From NCBI GenBank assembly GCA_040752415.1, contig JBFMGU010000066.1, positions 1 through 43,302 on the forward strand: a stretch of DNA of 43,302 bases, given 5' to 3'. Below are positions 18,346 to 27,147 of the stretch, piece by piece. A program made the translations under genes and the position numbers. The DNA comes from Myxococcota bacterium (GTDB lineage Bacteria > Myxococcota > JACRCW01). The notes below the pieces were generated by a model. That model made no database searches. It had not been told where the DNA came from and worked only from the letters and a program-made list of their open reading frames with translations. Numbering within the stretch: position 1 is the first letter of the stretch; each line of letters starts with the position of its first letter.

Positions 18346-19812
18346 ATGCGGGGACCACGTCTTGCGCGGGTGGGTTGGGGGACGTTGGTGCTGGCGCTCG
18401 TCGTCGGTGGCAACGGTGCCTGCATTCGCTGCGCGCAGGATGAGACGCTGGAAGACGGCCAGTGCATCCGCCTGTGCAACGCCGACGGGGATTGTACTCG
18501 GGACCAGGTGTGCACCGCGGGGCGCTGCCGGGACGGGGCTCCCGCGGCCTGGTCCTCCTCGTCGTCGAGCGGATCCGCCTCCGTGGGGTCGTCGTCGACG
18601 TCCGGCAGCTCTTCGACCAGCGTCTCCGCGGCCACCACGTCCGGCGGCACGTCCGCCTCCAGCGGCGCAGTGACGTCGGGGACGTCCAGCTCCGCGGTCG
18701 CCACCTCGTCGGCATCTTCCTCCGCCAGCTCCGCTTCGAGCAGCGGCGCACCAACGTCTTCCTCGTCCACCGGCGCGGCGAGTACGTCGTCCTCGTCGGC
18801 TTCATCCTCGGCTTCATCGTCGACCAGCACGTCGTCCACGTCGAGCTCCACCGGTTCCTCGTCATCCTCGTCCGGCGGGGGAGCGTGGGCGGGGTGGGCG
18901 GAGTGGCGCGCGGTGATCGTCCAGGCTGCCGACGATCCGCTTGCGGCCGGGTACTGCGTTTCCCTGGTCCTGGACCATGCGTCGCTGGTGGCCGACGGGC
19001 TCTCGCTGCCCTCCGGTGACGATGTGCGGATCACGTGGGTTGATGGCTCGTCCGAGGAGGAGTTGGACCGCGTGCTGGCGCCCGGGGCGGTGTGGGGTGG
19101 CGCCAACACGCGCATCTGGTTTCCGCTTCGCGTCGGGCTGGATGCCGGGGCGTCCGACGCTGGCTATCGCCTGTACCTTGGCAATGCCAGCGCTGGCCCC
19201 GCGCCCGCTGATCCCGACAACGTGTGGCGGTTCTGGGATGACTTCGAGGGTGGCGCGCTGGATTCCGCGCGGTGGAGCACCAGCTCCGACAATGCCCCGG
19301 GTGTGGTGGGTGGCCAGCTGCGCGTGTCCGGCGTGACGACGGTCGAGAACCAGTACCGCCTCTTTGGCATCTCCAGCACCCGGAGCTTCACGCCGGGGTT
19401 CCTGGTGCAGTCGGAGTTCAGCATCGTCGATCAGTCGACAACGGCGTGGCAGAACTGGAAGGGCGGGTTTGGACTGGGCACGAGCACGCTGGGCATCAAC
19501 ACCGACGGGACCACGGACAAGATGGTGCAGTACTACGACGGCACCTGGCAGGACGTGGCGGACAGCACCCTGGACGCGCGGACCTTCAGCGCCGTGGTGG
19601 CACAGGCCAGGCTTGCCAACGGGGACGTGCTCCACTTCGAGGACGGCGTCCTCGTGGCGCAGCGTTCCGTCGGGGACACCCAGGACGCCACGCTCAGCTT
19701 CACCTTCGGCCCCGACTCGGCCAATCAGGACTACGACGTCCGGTTCGACAACATCTTCGTCCGTCCCTATGTGGCCTCCGACGCGCAGATCCTTGTCCTG
19801 CTCAGCCAGTAG
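18346..19812 (+). CDS. Secreted protein: Cys-rich N-terminus, poly-Ser linker, DUF2341-like domain
   Basis: CNADGDC..C..G.C module; ~110-aa Ser-rich tract; GDDVRI...TRIWF...YRLYLGN...FWDDFEG pattern. Confidence 0.75.
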   Translation: MRGPRLARVGWGTLVLALVVGGNGACIRCAQDETLEDGQCIRLCNADGDCTRDQVCTAGRCRDGAPAAWSSSSSSGSASVGSSSTSGSSSTSVSAATTSGGTSASSGAVTSGTSSSAVATSSASSSASSASSSGAPTSSSSTGAASTSSSSASSSASSSTSTSSTSSSTGSSSSSSGGGAWAGWAEWRAVIVQAADDPLAAGYCVSLVLDHASLVADGLSLPSGDDVRITWVDGSSEEELDRVLAPGAVWGGANTRIWFPLRVGLDAGASDAGYRLYLGNASAGPAPADPDNVWRFWDDFEGGALDSARWSTSSDNAPGVVGGQLRVSGVTTVENQYRLFGISSTRSFTPGFLVQSEFSIVDQSTTAWQNWKGGFGLGTSTLGINTDGTTDKMVQYYDGTWQDVADSTLDARTFSAVVAQARLANGDVLHFEDGVLVAQRSVGDTQDATLSFTFGPDSANQDYDVRFDNIFVRPYVASDAQILVLLSQ

Positions 19813-20496
19813 TCAGCGCCCGAACGCGAACGCGCGCAGCCACAGCCACACATTCAGCGTGGACCAGCGCGCCCGCAGCATGCGCCCCCGGATGCGTTGC
19901 AGGTCCCGCCCCTGGTGGAACGGCGCAATCGCGTCGAGCACGGCGATGGCGTCGTCGTGGCGGCCCTCCCGCAGGAAGCTGTCCGCCAGCTCCAGGCGTG
20001 CCTGGTAGTGGAGCGGCTCCAGGGCCAGCACACAGCGGAGCAGTCTCCGCGCCTCACCCTGCAGCTCCGGGGTCCGCATCACCGCGCAACCTTCCACCAG
20101 CACCTTGACCGCCTCCGCCCGACGACGTCGTTGCAGGTGCAGCCGGGCGGCGCGCTCCCACGCCATGGAGAGGCCGGGCAGGTACTCGGCGGCCATGAGG
20201 TACACAGCAATGGCGCGGTCCACGAAGCCCTTCTTCAGGTATCCCCGGGCGCACGCGTCGAACGCATGCCAGGCCTGCTTGGGCTCGCCCACGTGGATGA
20301 GCAGCGGCGCCAGCTTTCCCAGCACGTCGGTGTTGTCGGGCTCGTACTCGAGGATCTTCTGGTACTCCGCGATGGCGTCGCGATGTCGCCCCTTGGCGCG
20401 CGCCTTGCCCGCGGCATCCAGCAGCGCGGAGCGGCTGTACGTCCTGGTTTCGCGTGTGACTGGCCGCATGGCGCCGGATGATATTTCCGCGCTCAT
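19813..20496 (-). CDS. Tetratricopeptide repeat protein
   Basis: TPR-like helices (AIAEYQKILEYEPDN, AIAVY, VLALEPLH). Start could be 20496 or 20469. Confidence 0.75.
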   Translation of the reverse strand: MSAEISSGAMRPVTRETRTYSRSALLDAAGKARAKGRHRDAIAEYQKILEYEPDNTDVLGKLAPLLIHVGEPKQAWHAFDACARGYLKKGFVDRAIAVYLMAAEYLPGLSMAWERAARLHLQRRRRAEAVKVLVEGCAVMRTPELQGEARRLLRCVLALEPLHYQARLELADSFLREGRHDDAIAVLDAIAPFHQGRDLQRIRGRMLRARWSTLNVWLWLRAFAFGR

Positions 20497-20578
20497 TTCG
20501 TCCCGTGGGTCGGGAGACGGGTGAGAGTTGGGCGCATCCGTCGGGTGCCGGGGGGCCCGCGTGGTAGAGACGTTGCGC

Positions 20579-22393
20579 ATGTCGCGCGCCGCGCTCGGAT
20601 TGGGATGCATGCGCCTGTCCAACGCCGACGTGGGTGAGGAGCGGGCTCTCGCGGTTCTCGTCGCGGCGCTGCAGGCGGGTGTCACGCTGCTGGACACCGC
20701 CGACGTGTACGCCCCGGATGCGGACCACCTTGGTCACAACGAGCGACTCGTGGCCACGGCGCTGCAGCGCTGGGGCGGACCGCGGGGGACCATCACCGTG
20801 GCGACGAAGGGCGGGCTGATCCGCACCCCGGAACGCTGGCTCCCCGACGGTCGCGCGGCCCACCTGCGTCACGCCTGCAAGGCAAGCGCGACGAACCTGG
20901 GCACCATCGACCTCTACCAGCTCCACGCTCCCGACCCGGCGCGACCGCTCAAGACCAGCGTGCGCACCCTCCACGCGCTGAAACACGAGGGGCTGATCCG
21001 CAAGGTGGGACTGTGCAACGTCTCCCTGACGCAGCTGCGCGAAGCGCAGGAGGTCACCGAGATCGCGTCGGTGCAGGTGCCGCTGAGCCTGTGGGACGAC
21101 GACGCCATTCGCAGCGGCGTGGTGGGTGCATGCCTGGTGCAGGGCATCATGGTGCTGGCGCACACGCCGTTGGGCGGGCCCAGGGGCGCGGCGCGTTGTG
21201 GGAATGAGCCGGTGCTCCTGGAGATTGCGCGGGCGCGGGGCATCTCGGCGCAGCTCGTGGCGCTCTCGTATCTCGCGGATCTCTCGTCGTGGATGGTGCC
21301 GCTGCCGGGCGTCACGCGTGTGGAGACGGCACGGGAGGCCGCCGCGCTGGTGATGCTCACCCACGAGGAACGCGCGCGCCTGGATGCACGGTTCCCCACG
21401 CACGCGTCCTTGCGGGAGCCGCACCGCGCCCGGCCGGTGACGTCCGCTGCCGCGGGTGACGTCGTCATGCTCATGGGGATTCCCGGTGCGGGGAAGAGCT
21501 CGTTGGCGCGGGAGCTGGTGGCGCGCGGCTACGCACGTCTCAATCGCGACGAGGCGGGAGGTTCCCTCAAGGCATTGGTGCCCAAGCTGCGCCAGGCGTT
21601 GTCGGAGGGACGGACGCACGTGGTGCTGGACAACACCTATGGCACGCGCGAGTCGCGGCAGCGGGTGATTGAGGCGGCCAATGAGCTGGGCGTGCCCGCG
21701 CGCTGCATCTGGCTGACGACGTCACTGGAGGACGCGCAGGTCAACGCGGTGTGGCGCATGCTGGAACGCTACGGTCGCCTCCTCGACGCGGCGGGCATCA
21801 AGGCGGTGGCCCGGAAGGACCCCAACGCGTTCCTGCCGCGCGCGCAGTTCAACTACCGCGACAACTTCGAGCGGCCGTCCACCGACGAGGGACTCGCTTC
21901 GGTCGAGGAGGTGCCGTTCGTGCGCCGGTGGCCGGAGGACTTCCACGGACGCGCCGTGCTCCTGGAGTACGACGGAATCCTGCGTCGCAGCCGCGCCGGT
22001 GCCCGCACGCCCATCAGCGAGGACGACGTGGAGATCCTTCCCGGCGCCACGGAAGCGCTGACGCGTTGGCGCGACGCGGGCTACGCGCTGTTGGGCACCT
22101 GCTGGCTCCCCGAAATCGAAGAAGGGAGGCTGACGACGGAGAGGGTCACGTCGATCTTCCAGCGCACCCACGCGCTGCTGGGGCACACGCTGGAGGTGGT
22201 GTGGTGTCCGCATCGTCCCGGTCCGCCCGCGTGCTGGTGTCGCAAGCCGCTGCCGGGAATGGGCGTGGAGCTGATCCGTCGTCACCGGCTGGACCCGGCG
22301 CAGTGTTACGTCGTGGGGAGGAGCTCTGCGGACGCCACGTTCGCGCGTCGGCTGGGGTTCCGGCTTGCCGAGGGAATCACGCCGCCGGAGTGA
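20579..22393 (+). CDS. Aldo-keto reductase + polynucleotide-kinase-like P-loop domain + HAD-IIIA phosphatase-like domain fusion
   Basis: AKR: GLGCM, DTADVY, ATKGG, DLYQLH. Kinase: GIPGAGKS (21476), LNRD, LDNT. HAD: LEYDG (21965), CPH..CWCRKPLPGM. Start may be 20561 or 20579. Confidence 0.88.
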   Translation: MSRAALGLGCMRLSNADVGEERALAVLVAALQAGVTLLDTADVYAPDADHLGHNERLVATALQRWGGPRGTITVATKGGLIRTPERWLPDGRAAHLRHACKASATNLGTIDLYQLHAPDPARPLKTSVRTLHALKHEGLIRKVGLCNVSLTQLREAQEVTEIASVQVPLSLWDDDAIRSGVVGACLVQGIMVLAHTPLGGPRGAARCGNEPVLLEIARARGISAQLVALSYLADLSSWMVPLPGVTRVETAREAAALVMLTHEERARLDARFPTHASLREPHRARPVTSAAAGDVVMLMGIPGAGKSSLARELVARGYARLNRDEAGGSLKALVPKLRQALSEGRTHVVLDNTYGTRESRQRVIEAANELGVPARCIWLTTSLEDAQVNAVWRMLERYGRLLDAAGIKAVARKDPNAFLPRAQFNYRDNFERPSTDEGLASVEEVPFVRRWPEDFHGRAVLLEYDGILRRSRAGARTPISEDDVEILPGATEALTRWRDAGYALLGTCWLPEIEEGRLTTERVTSIFQRTHALLGHTLEVVWCPHRPGPPACWCRKPLPGMGVELIRRHRLDPAQCYVVGRSSADATFARRLGFRLAEGITPPE

Positions 22394-22396
22394 ATC

Positions 22397-23665
22397 TCAC
22401 TGTCGTCGGAAGACAAGCGTGCCGAAGTACGAGGCGTCCTTGGTCTCGCCGAGACCGGGCGTGAGCTCCATCCACGCCGTCCGACCCTCCTCGTCACTGT
22501 CGTTGACCAACAGCGTGAAGTTCACGCCCTGCACGTCGGCCGCGGAGCCCAGGGAGAGCAGGGCCAGCGGAAGCGCAATCTCGTAGGTCACCACGCCCCC
22601 GCCGACATCCTGTTGCACCCGGGTCACGGCAAAGTTCATGAACGGGTCACCCGCCTGCGCCGTGGGCGACCAGCGCCAATCCGCCGGCAGCTCGTTGGCA
22701 AAGCCCCAACCCAGCTCATGAACGTTTGCGAAGTACCACTGGGCGGGATCCTGCGGATTGCCGCCACCGGAGAAGCCCTGCTGGAAGGTGTCCACCGCCA
22801 GCTGCACGCTGTCACCCAGCCAGAGCTCGCCCGCCGTTTCCGCGGAGAAGTCGAAGTCGTCGTCGGTGATCTCGACGCCAATGTACAGGTGGTCGCAGTC
22901 CCACATGAAACGGAAGTCGGCGCGGTTGTCGTTCTCGCTGAGACAGTCCTGCACGCGGCCGGCGGCGTGGTCGGGACACTTCAACGTCAACAGCGGCGCG
23001 TTCGCGAACTCCTGCAGGTTGCCGTCCAGCATCACCGGGGACGCGGGAATCGCGTCGTGGTCTGGGCCCGCGCTGGGCTGCAGGCCGGGTGGAGTGGCGC
23101 CCTGGAGGCAGGAGAAGCGGGGATCCCCGCTGCTGGAGCTCGACGAGGAGGATGACGAGGAGGACGAGGACGATGATGACGAAGAAGAGGAGCTCGACGT
23201 CGATGACGACGTGCTGCTCGCGCTGGAAGATGAGGATGTGCTCGAGGACGAGGACGAGCTCGTGGTGGTGCCGCCCGCGGATGAAGACGTGCTGCTCGCG
23301 CTCGAGCTGGAGGAGCTGGTGCCCGCCCCGCTCGATGACGATGACGCGGATGATGACGAGGACGCGGAGGACAACGCGCTGGAGGAAGAGCTCGCTGCGC
23401 TGCTGGACGACGAGCTTCCCGGGACCACGCCTGCGTCCGTGACACTCTGCGTCGTCAGGGGAAGGCAGGCGCCGTCCACGCAGGTCTCCCCGGCGTTGCA
23501 CCCCAGGTCACAGCTCCGACGACACACGCCCTCCGCACAGACGTTGCCCGCGGCGCAGTCGTCATTGCCGGCGCACTGGTAGCTGGAGGTGCAACCGAGC
23601 AGCGCCATGGGTACGAGCGAGAGGACCAGGAGCAGCGTTGCGCGTTGGCAGCGACGTACAGCCAT
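22397..23665 (-). CDS. Ser-rich lipoprotein with C-terminal CBM9-like sugar-binding domain
   Basis: LLGC lipobox, Cys-rich module, poly-Ser linker, then LDGNLQEF..MWDCDHLYIGVEITDD..GDSVQL..YEIALP..VNDSD. Confidence 0.8.
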   Translation of the reverse strand: MAVRRCQRATLLLVLSLVPMALLGCTSSYQCAGNDDCAAGNVCAEGVCRRSCDLGCNAGETCVDGACLPLTTQSVTDAGVVPGSSSSSSAASSSSSALSSASSSSSASSSSSGAGTSSSSSSASSTSSSAGGTTTSSSSSSSTSSSSSASSTSSSTSSSSSSSSSSSSSSSSSSSSSSSGDPRFSCLQGATPPGLQPSAGPDHDAIPASPVMLDGNLQEFANAPLLTLKCPDHAAGRVQDCLSENDNRADFRFMWDCDHLYIGVEITDDDFDFSAETAGELWLGDSVQLAVDTFQQGFSGGGNPQDPAQWYFANVHELGWGFANELPADWRWSPTAQAGDPFMNFAVTRVQQDVGGGVVTYEIALPLALLSLGSAADVQGVNFTLLVNDSDEEGRTAWMELTPGLGETKDASYFGTLVFRRQ

Positions 23666-23788
23666 GGCGGCAGGCTACCAGGCGCTTCCGCGGGAAGGCC
23701 ACCTTGTCGCAGGCATGCACGGCTGACGCTGGTTTGGGCGCTCCGTCGCCACGTAGCGTTCCGGCATCCCCCTTCCAAGGAGCATTCC

Positions 23789-24583
23789 ATGACCGACGCA
23801 CCTCCCGAGGGACGCATCACCACCGAGGTTCGCGAGCACGTGCTGCTCATGGGCTTTGACCGCGCGGCCAAGCGCAACGCATTTGGACCGGAGATGCTCA
23901 ACGCGCTCAGTGAGGCCTACGCCCAGCTCCACGCCGACGACAACCTGCGCTGCGGCGTGGTGCACGCGCACGGTGCGCATTTCACCGCCGGGCTGGACCT
24001 GGTGGCCATGGCGCCCATCCTGGGACAGGGCCAGGCCTTCCTTCCCCCCGACGCGTATGATCCCTGGGGTCTGTGGGGTCGGCCCCGCACCAAGCCCGTG
24101 GTGGTGGCGGTGCAGGGAATGTGTCTCACGCTGGGCATTGAGCTCATCCTCGCCAGCGACGTCACGGTGGCCGCACGCGACGCGCGCTTCGCGCAGATCG
24201 AGGTCAAGCGCGGCATCTTTCCCTTCGGCGGCGCCACCCTGCGCATGCCGGAGCGTGTGGGGTGGGGCAATGCCATGCGCTACCTGCTCACTGGCGACGA
24301 GCTGGACGCGCAGGAGGCGTGGCGCATCGGGTTGGTGCAGGAGGTGGTGGACGCGGGGCAGCAGCTGGAACGCGCCGTCGATATTGCCACCCGCATTGCT
24401 CGTCAGGCGCCCTTGGCGGTGCAGGCCACGCTCCACAACGCCGTCACCTACCGGGACCGTGGCCTGGCCGCCGCGCAGGCGGAGCTTGCCCCCACGTTGC
24501 TGCGCCTGGCGCAGACCGAGGACGCGCAGGAAGGCATGATGTCCTTCGTGGAGCGCCGGGAGGCCCGCTTCCGGGGACGGTGA
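23789..24583 (+). CDS. Crotonase/enoyl-CoA hydratase family protein
   Basis: KRNA, FTAGLDL, GIEL, EVKRGIFPFGG, APLAVQ, FVERREARF; AGGAG RBS. Confidence 0.92.
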   Translation: MTDAPPEGRITTEVREHVLLMGFDRAAKRNAFGPEMLNALSEAYAQLHADDNLRCGVVHAHGAHFTAGLDLVAMAPILGQGQAFLPPDAYDPWGLWGRPRTKPVVVAVQGMCLTLGIELILASDVTVAARDARFAQIEVKRGIFPFGGATLRMPERVGWGNAMRYLLTGDELDAQEAWRIGLVQEVVDAGQQLERAVDIATRIARQAPLAVQATLHNAVTYRDRGLAAAQAELAPTLLRLAQTEDAQEGMMSFVERREARFRGR

Positions 24584-24637
24584 ACATTTTCTTGAGATGC
24601 GGAGCGGGCCTTGTCACCGTGTGCGACGGGAGGGCTC

Positions 24638-25402
24638 ATGAACCACCACCGGCCAACAATCCTGGCATTCCTTCTCGCGCTGCAGGCGTGCGCGGGCTCC
24701 ACGGAAGGCACCACCACCTCGTCCAGCACCAGTTCCTCGTCGGGAGGGCAGGGCAGCACCAGCTCATCCAGCTCGGGCGGCGCCAGCTCGTCGAGCTCCG
24801 GCGCCAGCTCGGGAAACGGCGCCACCTCGTCCAGCGGGAACAGCTCCTCCAGCACCGGCGGTTCCAGCGGCGCGGGCATGACGTTCTTCGTCACCAGCGT
24901 TGGAAACGGGGCCAATGGCGGAAACTACGGTGGCCTGAACGGCGCGGACCAACGCTGCCAGTCACTGGCGGAGGCGGCGGGCTCCGTGGGCAGGACCTGG
25001 CGCGCGTATCTCAGCACCTCCACCGTCGACGCACGGGACCGCATCGGGACGGGGCCGTGGTTGAACGTCGCTGGCGAGCAGGTGGCGGCCGACGTGGCGT
25101 CATTGCACGCCAACGGGATTCCCACGTCGATGATCCTGGACGAGAACGGGGCGGCCGTCCCGCGCGAGGAGCATGACATCCTCACCGGCAGCACCCCGGA
25201 AGGAACGGTGACCGACCCGCCCTACACGTGCGGAGATTGGACCAGCAACGCCGAGGACTTCTACGCCTGGGTGGGGCACGCGGACTGGAGCAGCGAGGAG
25301 AACCCGTCGGACAACTGGAGCTCCACGCACGAGACTCCGTGCGACCAGGCGGGCATGGCCGGGACACTCTCCGCCGGGCGGATCTACTGCTTCGCGGAAT
25401 GA
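24638..25402 (+). CDS. Ser-rich lipoprotein with endostatin/DUF1554-like C-type-lectin-fold domain
   Basis: LQAC lipobox; FFVTS..GGNYGGLNGADQRCQSLA..WRAYLS..ARDRIG.GPW..HDILTG..TCGDWTS..RIYCFA. Confidence 0.82.
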   Translation: MNHHRPTILAFLLALQACAGSTEGTTTSSSTSSSSGGQGSTSSSSSGGASSSSSGASSGNGATSSSGNSSSSTGGSSGAGMTFFVTSVGNGANGGNYGGLNGADQRCQSLAEAAGSVGRTWRAYLSTSTVDARDRIGTGPWLNVAGEQVAADVASLHANGIPTSMILDENGAAVPREEHDILTGSTPEGTVTDPPYTCGDWTSNAEDFYAWVGHADWSSEENPSDNWSSTHETPCDQAGMAGTLSAGRIYCFAE

Positions 25403-26211
25403 GTCGCTTGCCGCGTCCCTCGTCGTCCTCCGCGCCCCTGCGCACGATGAGACGCGGTCTGCCCGTCCGTGAGCTGAACATCGACGTCCTTCGTCGGAAC
25501 GCTAAGCCCTATGGGTGGCGCGCTTCGCTGGTGCGGACCTCCGGCCTCTGGAGCCTGGGCGCCGCGGTCCTGTTGCTGGTGGCCAGGTTGGGCGCGGGTG
25601 CTTCCGTCCTGGGAACGGTGGTGGCGGCGTTCGTCGTGTTCGTGCTGGCCAACGGTCTGCTCGCTGGATTGGCGCTGGTGGGCGCCGATGCGTTCGTGAA
25701 GGAGCTGCAGCGCCGCTGGGGACAGTTGCCGCTGCGGGATTATCTCCCCGAAGCACGTGCTGCCCTCGTCGGTGACGACGCACCGCAGGCCATCCTGCTG
25801 TTGCAGGCGCACCGGTTGCAGCAGCGCTCGTGCACGTTGATGCGGGTGCAGTTGTGGACCGGCGAGGGTCGCGCCCGGCTCCAGGCGGTATCCGCGCCGC
25901 AGTTCTCCGCCAGGACCGCCATTCCGACGGAAGACCAGGTCACCATCGTGGACCGCGCGCTCACACCGGCGGAGGCGCAGGCGCTCATCACGTGTGTACC
26001 GGACGGAGACCTGGCGCGGCATGTCCCCGACGACGAACCTGACGGGGTCGAGCCCCGGATCATCGGCGGCACACCGTGCTCGTTGGTCGTCGTGGCGCGT
26101 GGCGGAGAGCGGATGGCCAACGTCAACCTGGCCGGAATTCCCGAGGACAAGCGCGACCACCCCACGGTGCTGCTCATGGGAAGGCTGTGGGCACTGATGG
26201 AAATTCCGTGA
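25399..26211 (+). CDS. Hypothetical membrane protein
   Basis: ATGA overlap with the upstream gene; two hydrophobic segments followed by a soluble domain. Confidence 0.6.
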   Translation: MSRLPRPSSSSAPLRTMRRGLPVRELNIDVLRRNAKPYGWRASLVRTSGLWSLGAAVLLLVARLGAGASVLGTVVAAFVVFVLANGLLAGLALVGADAFVKELQRRWGQLPLRDYLPEARAALVGDDAPQAILLLQAHRLQQRSCTLMRVQLWTGEGRARLQAVSAPQFSARTAIPTEDQVTIVDRALTPAEAQALITCVPDGDLARHVPDDEPDGVEPRIIGGTPCSLVVVARGGERMANVNLAGIPEDKRDHPTVLLMGRLWALMEIP

Positions 26212-26307
26212 GCAACCTCGGGCTTTTCCGCAGCATGGCCGCGCGAACCGGCGCTTGGTGGCGCGCGGGTCCTGCACTAAACGTCCGCGCACAACACGGA
26301 GGAAACC

Positions 26308-26718
26308 ATGCCCACCACGATGAATCCCTACCTCAACTTCGACGGCAACACCGAAGAGGCCATGAAGTTCTACGCGGACGTCCTCGGCGGCAAGCTGGAC
26401 CTGATGCGCTTCTCGGACGGCGGGATGCCCCATCCGCCGGAGGCCAAGAACCGCGTGATGCACGCAACGCTCATGACCGACAGCATCACCCTCATGGCCT
26501 CGGACACGCAGCCGGGTCAGCCCGTGGTCAAGGGCAACCAGGTGCACATCAGCCTCAACTTCTCCGACAAGAACGAGCAGACGCGGGTCTGGGAACGCCT
26601 CTCCGCCGGGGCCAACGTGACCATGCCGCTGGGCGACCAGTTCTGGGGCCGCTTTGGCATGCTCACCGACCGCTACGGCATCCAGTGGATGCTGAACCAC
26701 CAAGCGCCGAAGAAGTAG
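26308..26718 (+). CDS. VOC family protein (PhnB/YjdN-like)
   Basis: PYLNFDGNTEEAMKFY, VMHA, LMASD, MPL..QFWG.FGMLTDRYGIQWM; GGAGG RBS. Confidence 0.92.
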   Translation: MPTTMNPYLNFDGNTEEAMKFYADVLGGKLDLMRFSDGGMPHPPEAKNRVMHATLMTDSITLMASDTQPGQPVVKGNQVHISLNFSDKNEQTRVWERLSAGANVTMPLGDQFWGRFGMLTDRYGIQWMLNHQAPKK

Positions 26719-26733
26719 GATCGTTTTAGTTCG

Positions 26734-27142
26734 ACCTGGTCACTTGACGTCGTCACGGCAGGGGCCGGGAAAGACTCGCGCTGCCAGTATCCAGGGCGTG
26801 AGCCGGCGCCGCAGCCGTAGGGGCTAGGCATTTCCACGTCGTGATAGCGGCCAGCGGAAGGAAATGCCTGGTCCGGGGCCACAGATCTTCCTCGAGTGAA
26901 CCAACGTGTCCAGGAAAGATGCTCAGCACACACCCCGCTTGCATGGGTGACGTTGGGGGGTGACGGCGTGGCTCCGTCGGCCCCGGGCTAGGCATTTACG
27001 TCCGCTCTCGTCGCTGCCACGACGTGGAAATGCCCAGCTTAGCCCCTACGGCTGCGGCGTCGGCTCACGCCCTGGATACCGGCTGGATACCACCGGCGTG
27101 ACTGCTCCAAGGACACTGGGTGACGACGTCAGGTGACCAGGT
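26734..27142. repeat. 409-bp nested fold-back element containing an inverted pair of GTAG-type REP units (REPIN-like)
   Basis: Outer IR 26734-26756/27120-27142 (23 bp, 1 mismatch); inner arms 26783-26880/26979-27083; each arm has GTAG followed by a hairpin (GGGCTAGGCATTTCC...GGAAATGCCTGGTCC). Confidence 0.8.
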
Positions 27143-27147
27143 AGTAT

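Noticed and set aside
22758..23582. Asp/Glu-rich ORFs opposite poly-Ser tracts (also 17997-19115, 16648-17085, 24448-24915)
   Set aside because: Antisense reading of Ser codons; the Ser-rich strand carries the signal peptides and recognisable domains.
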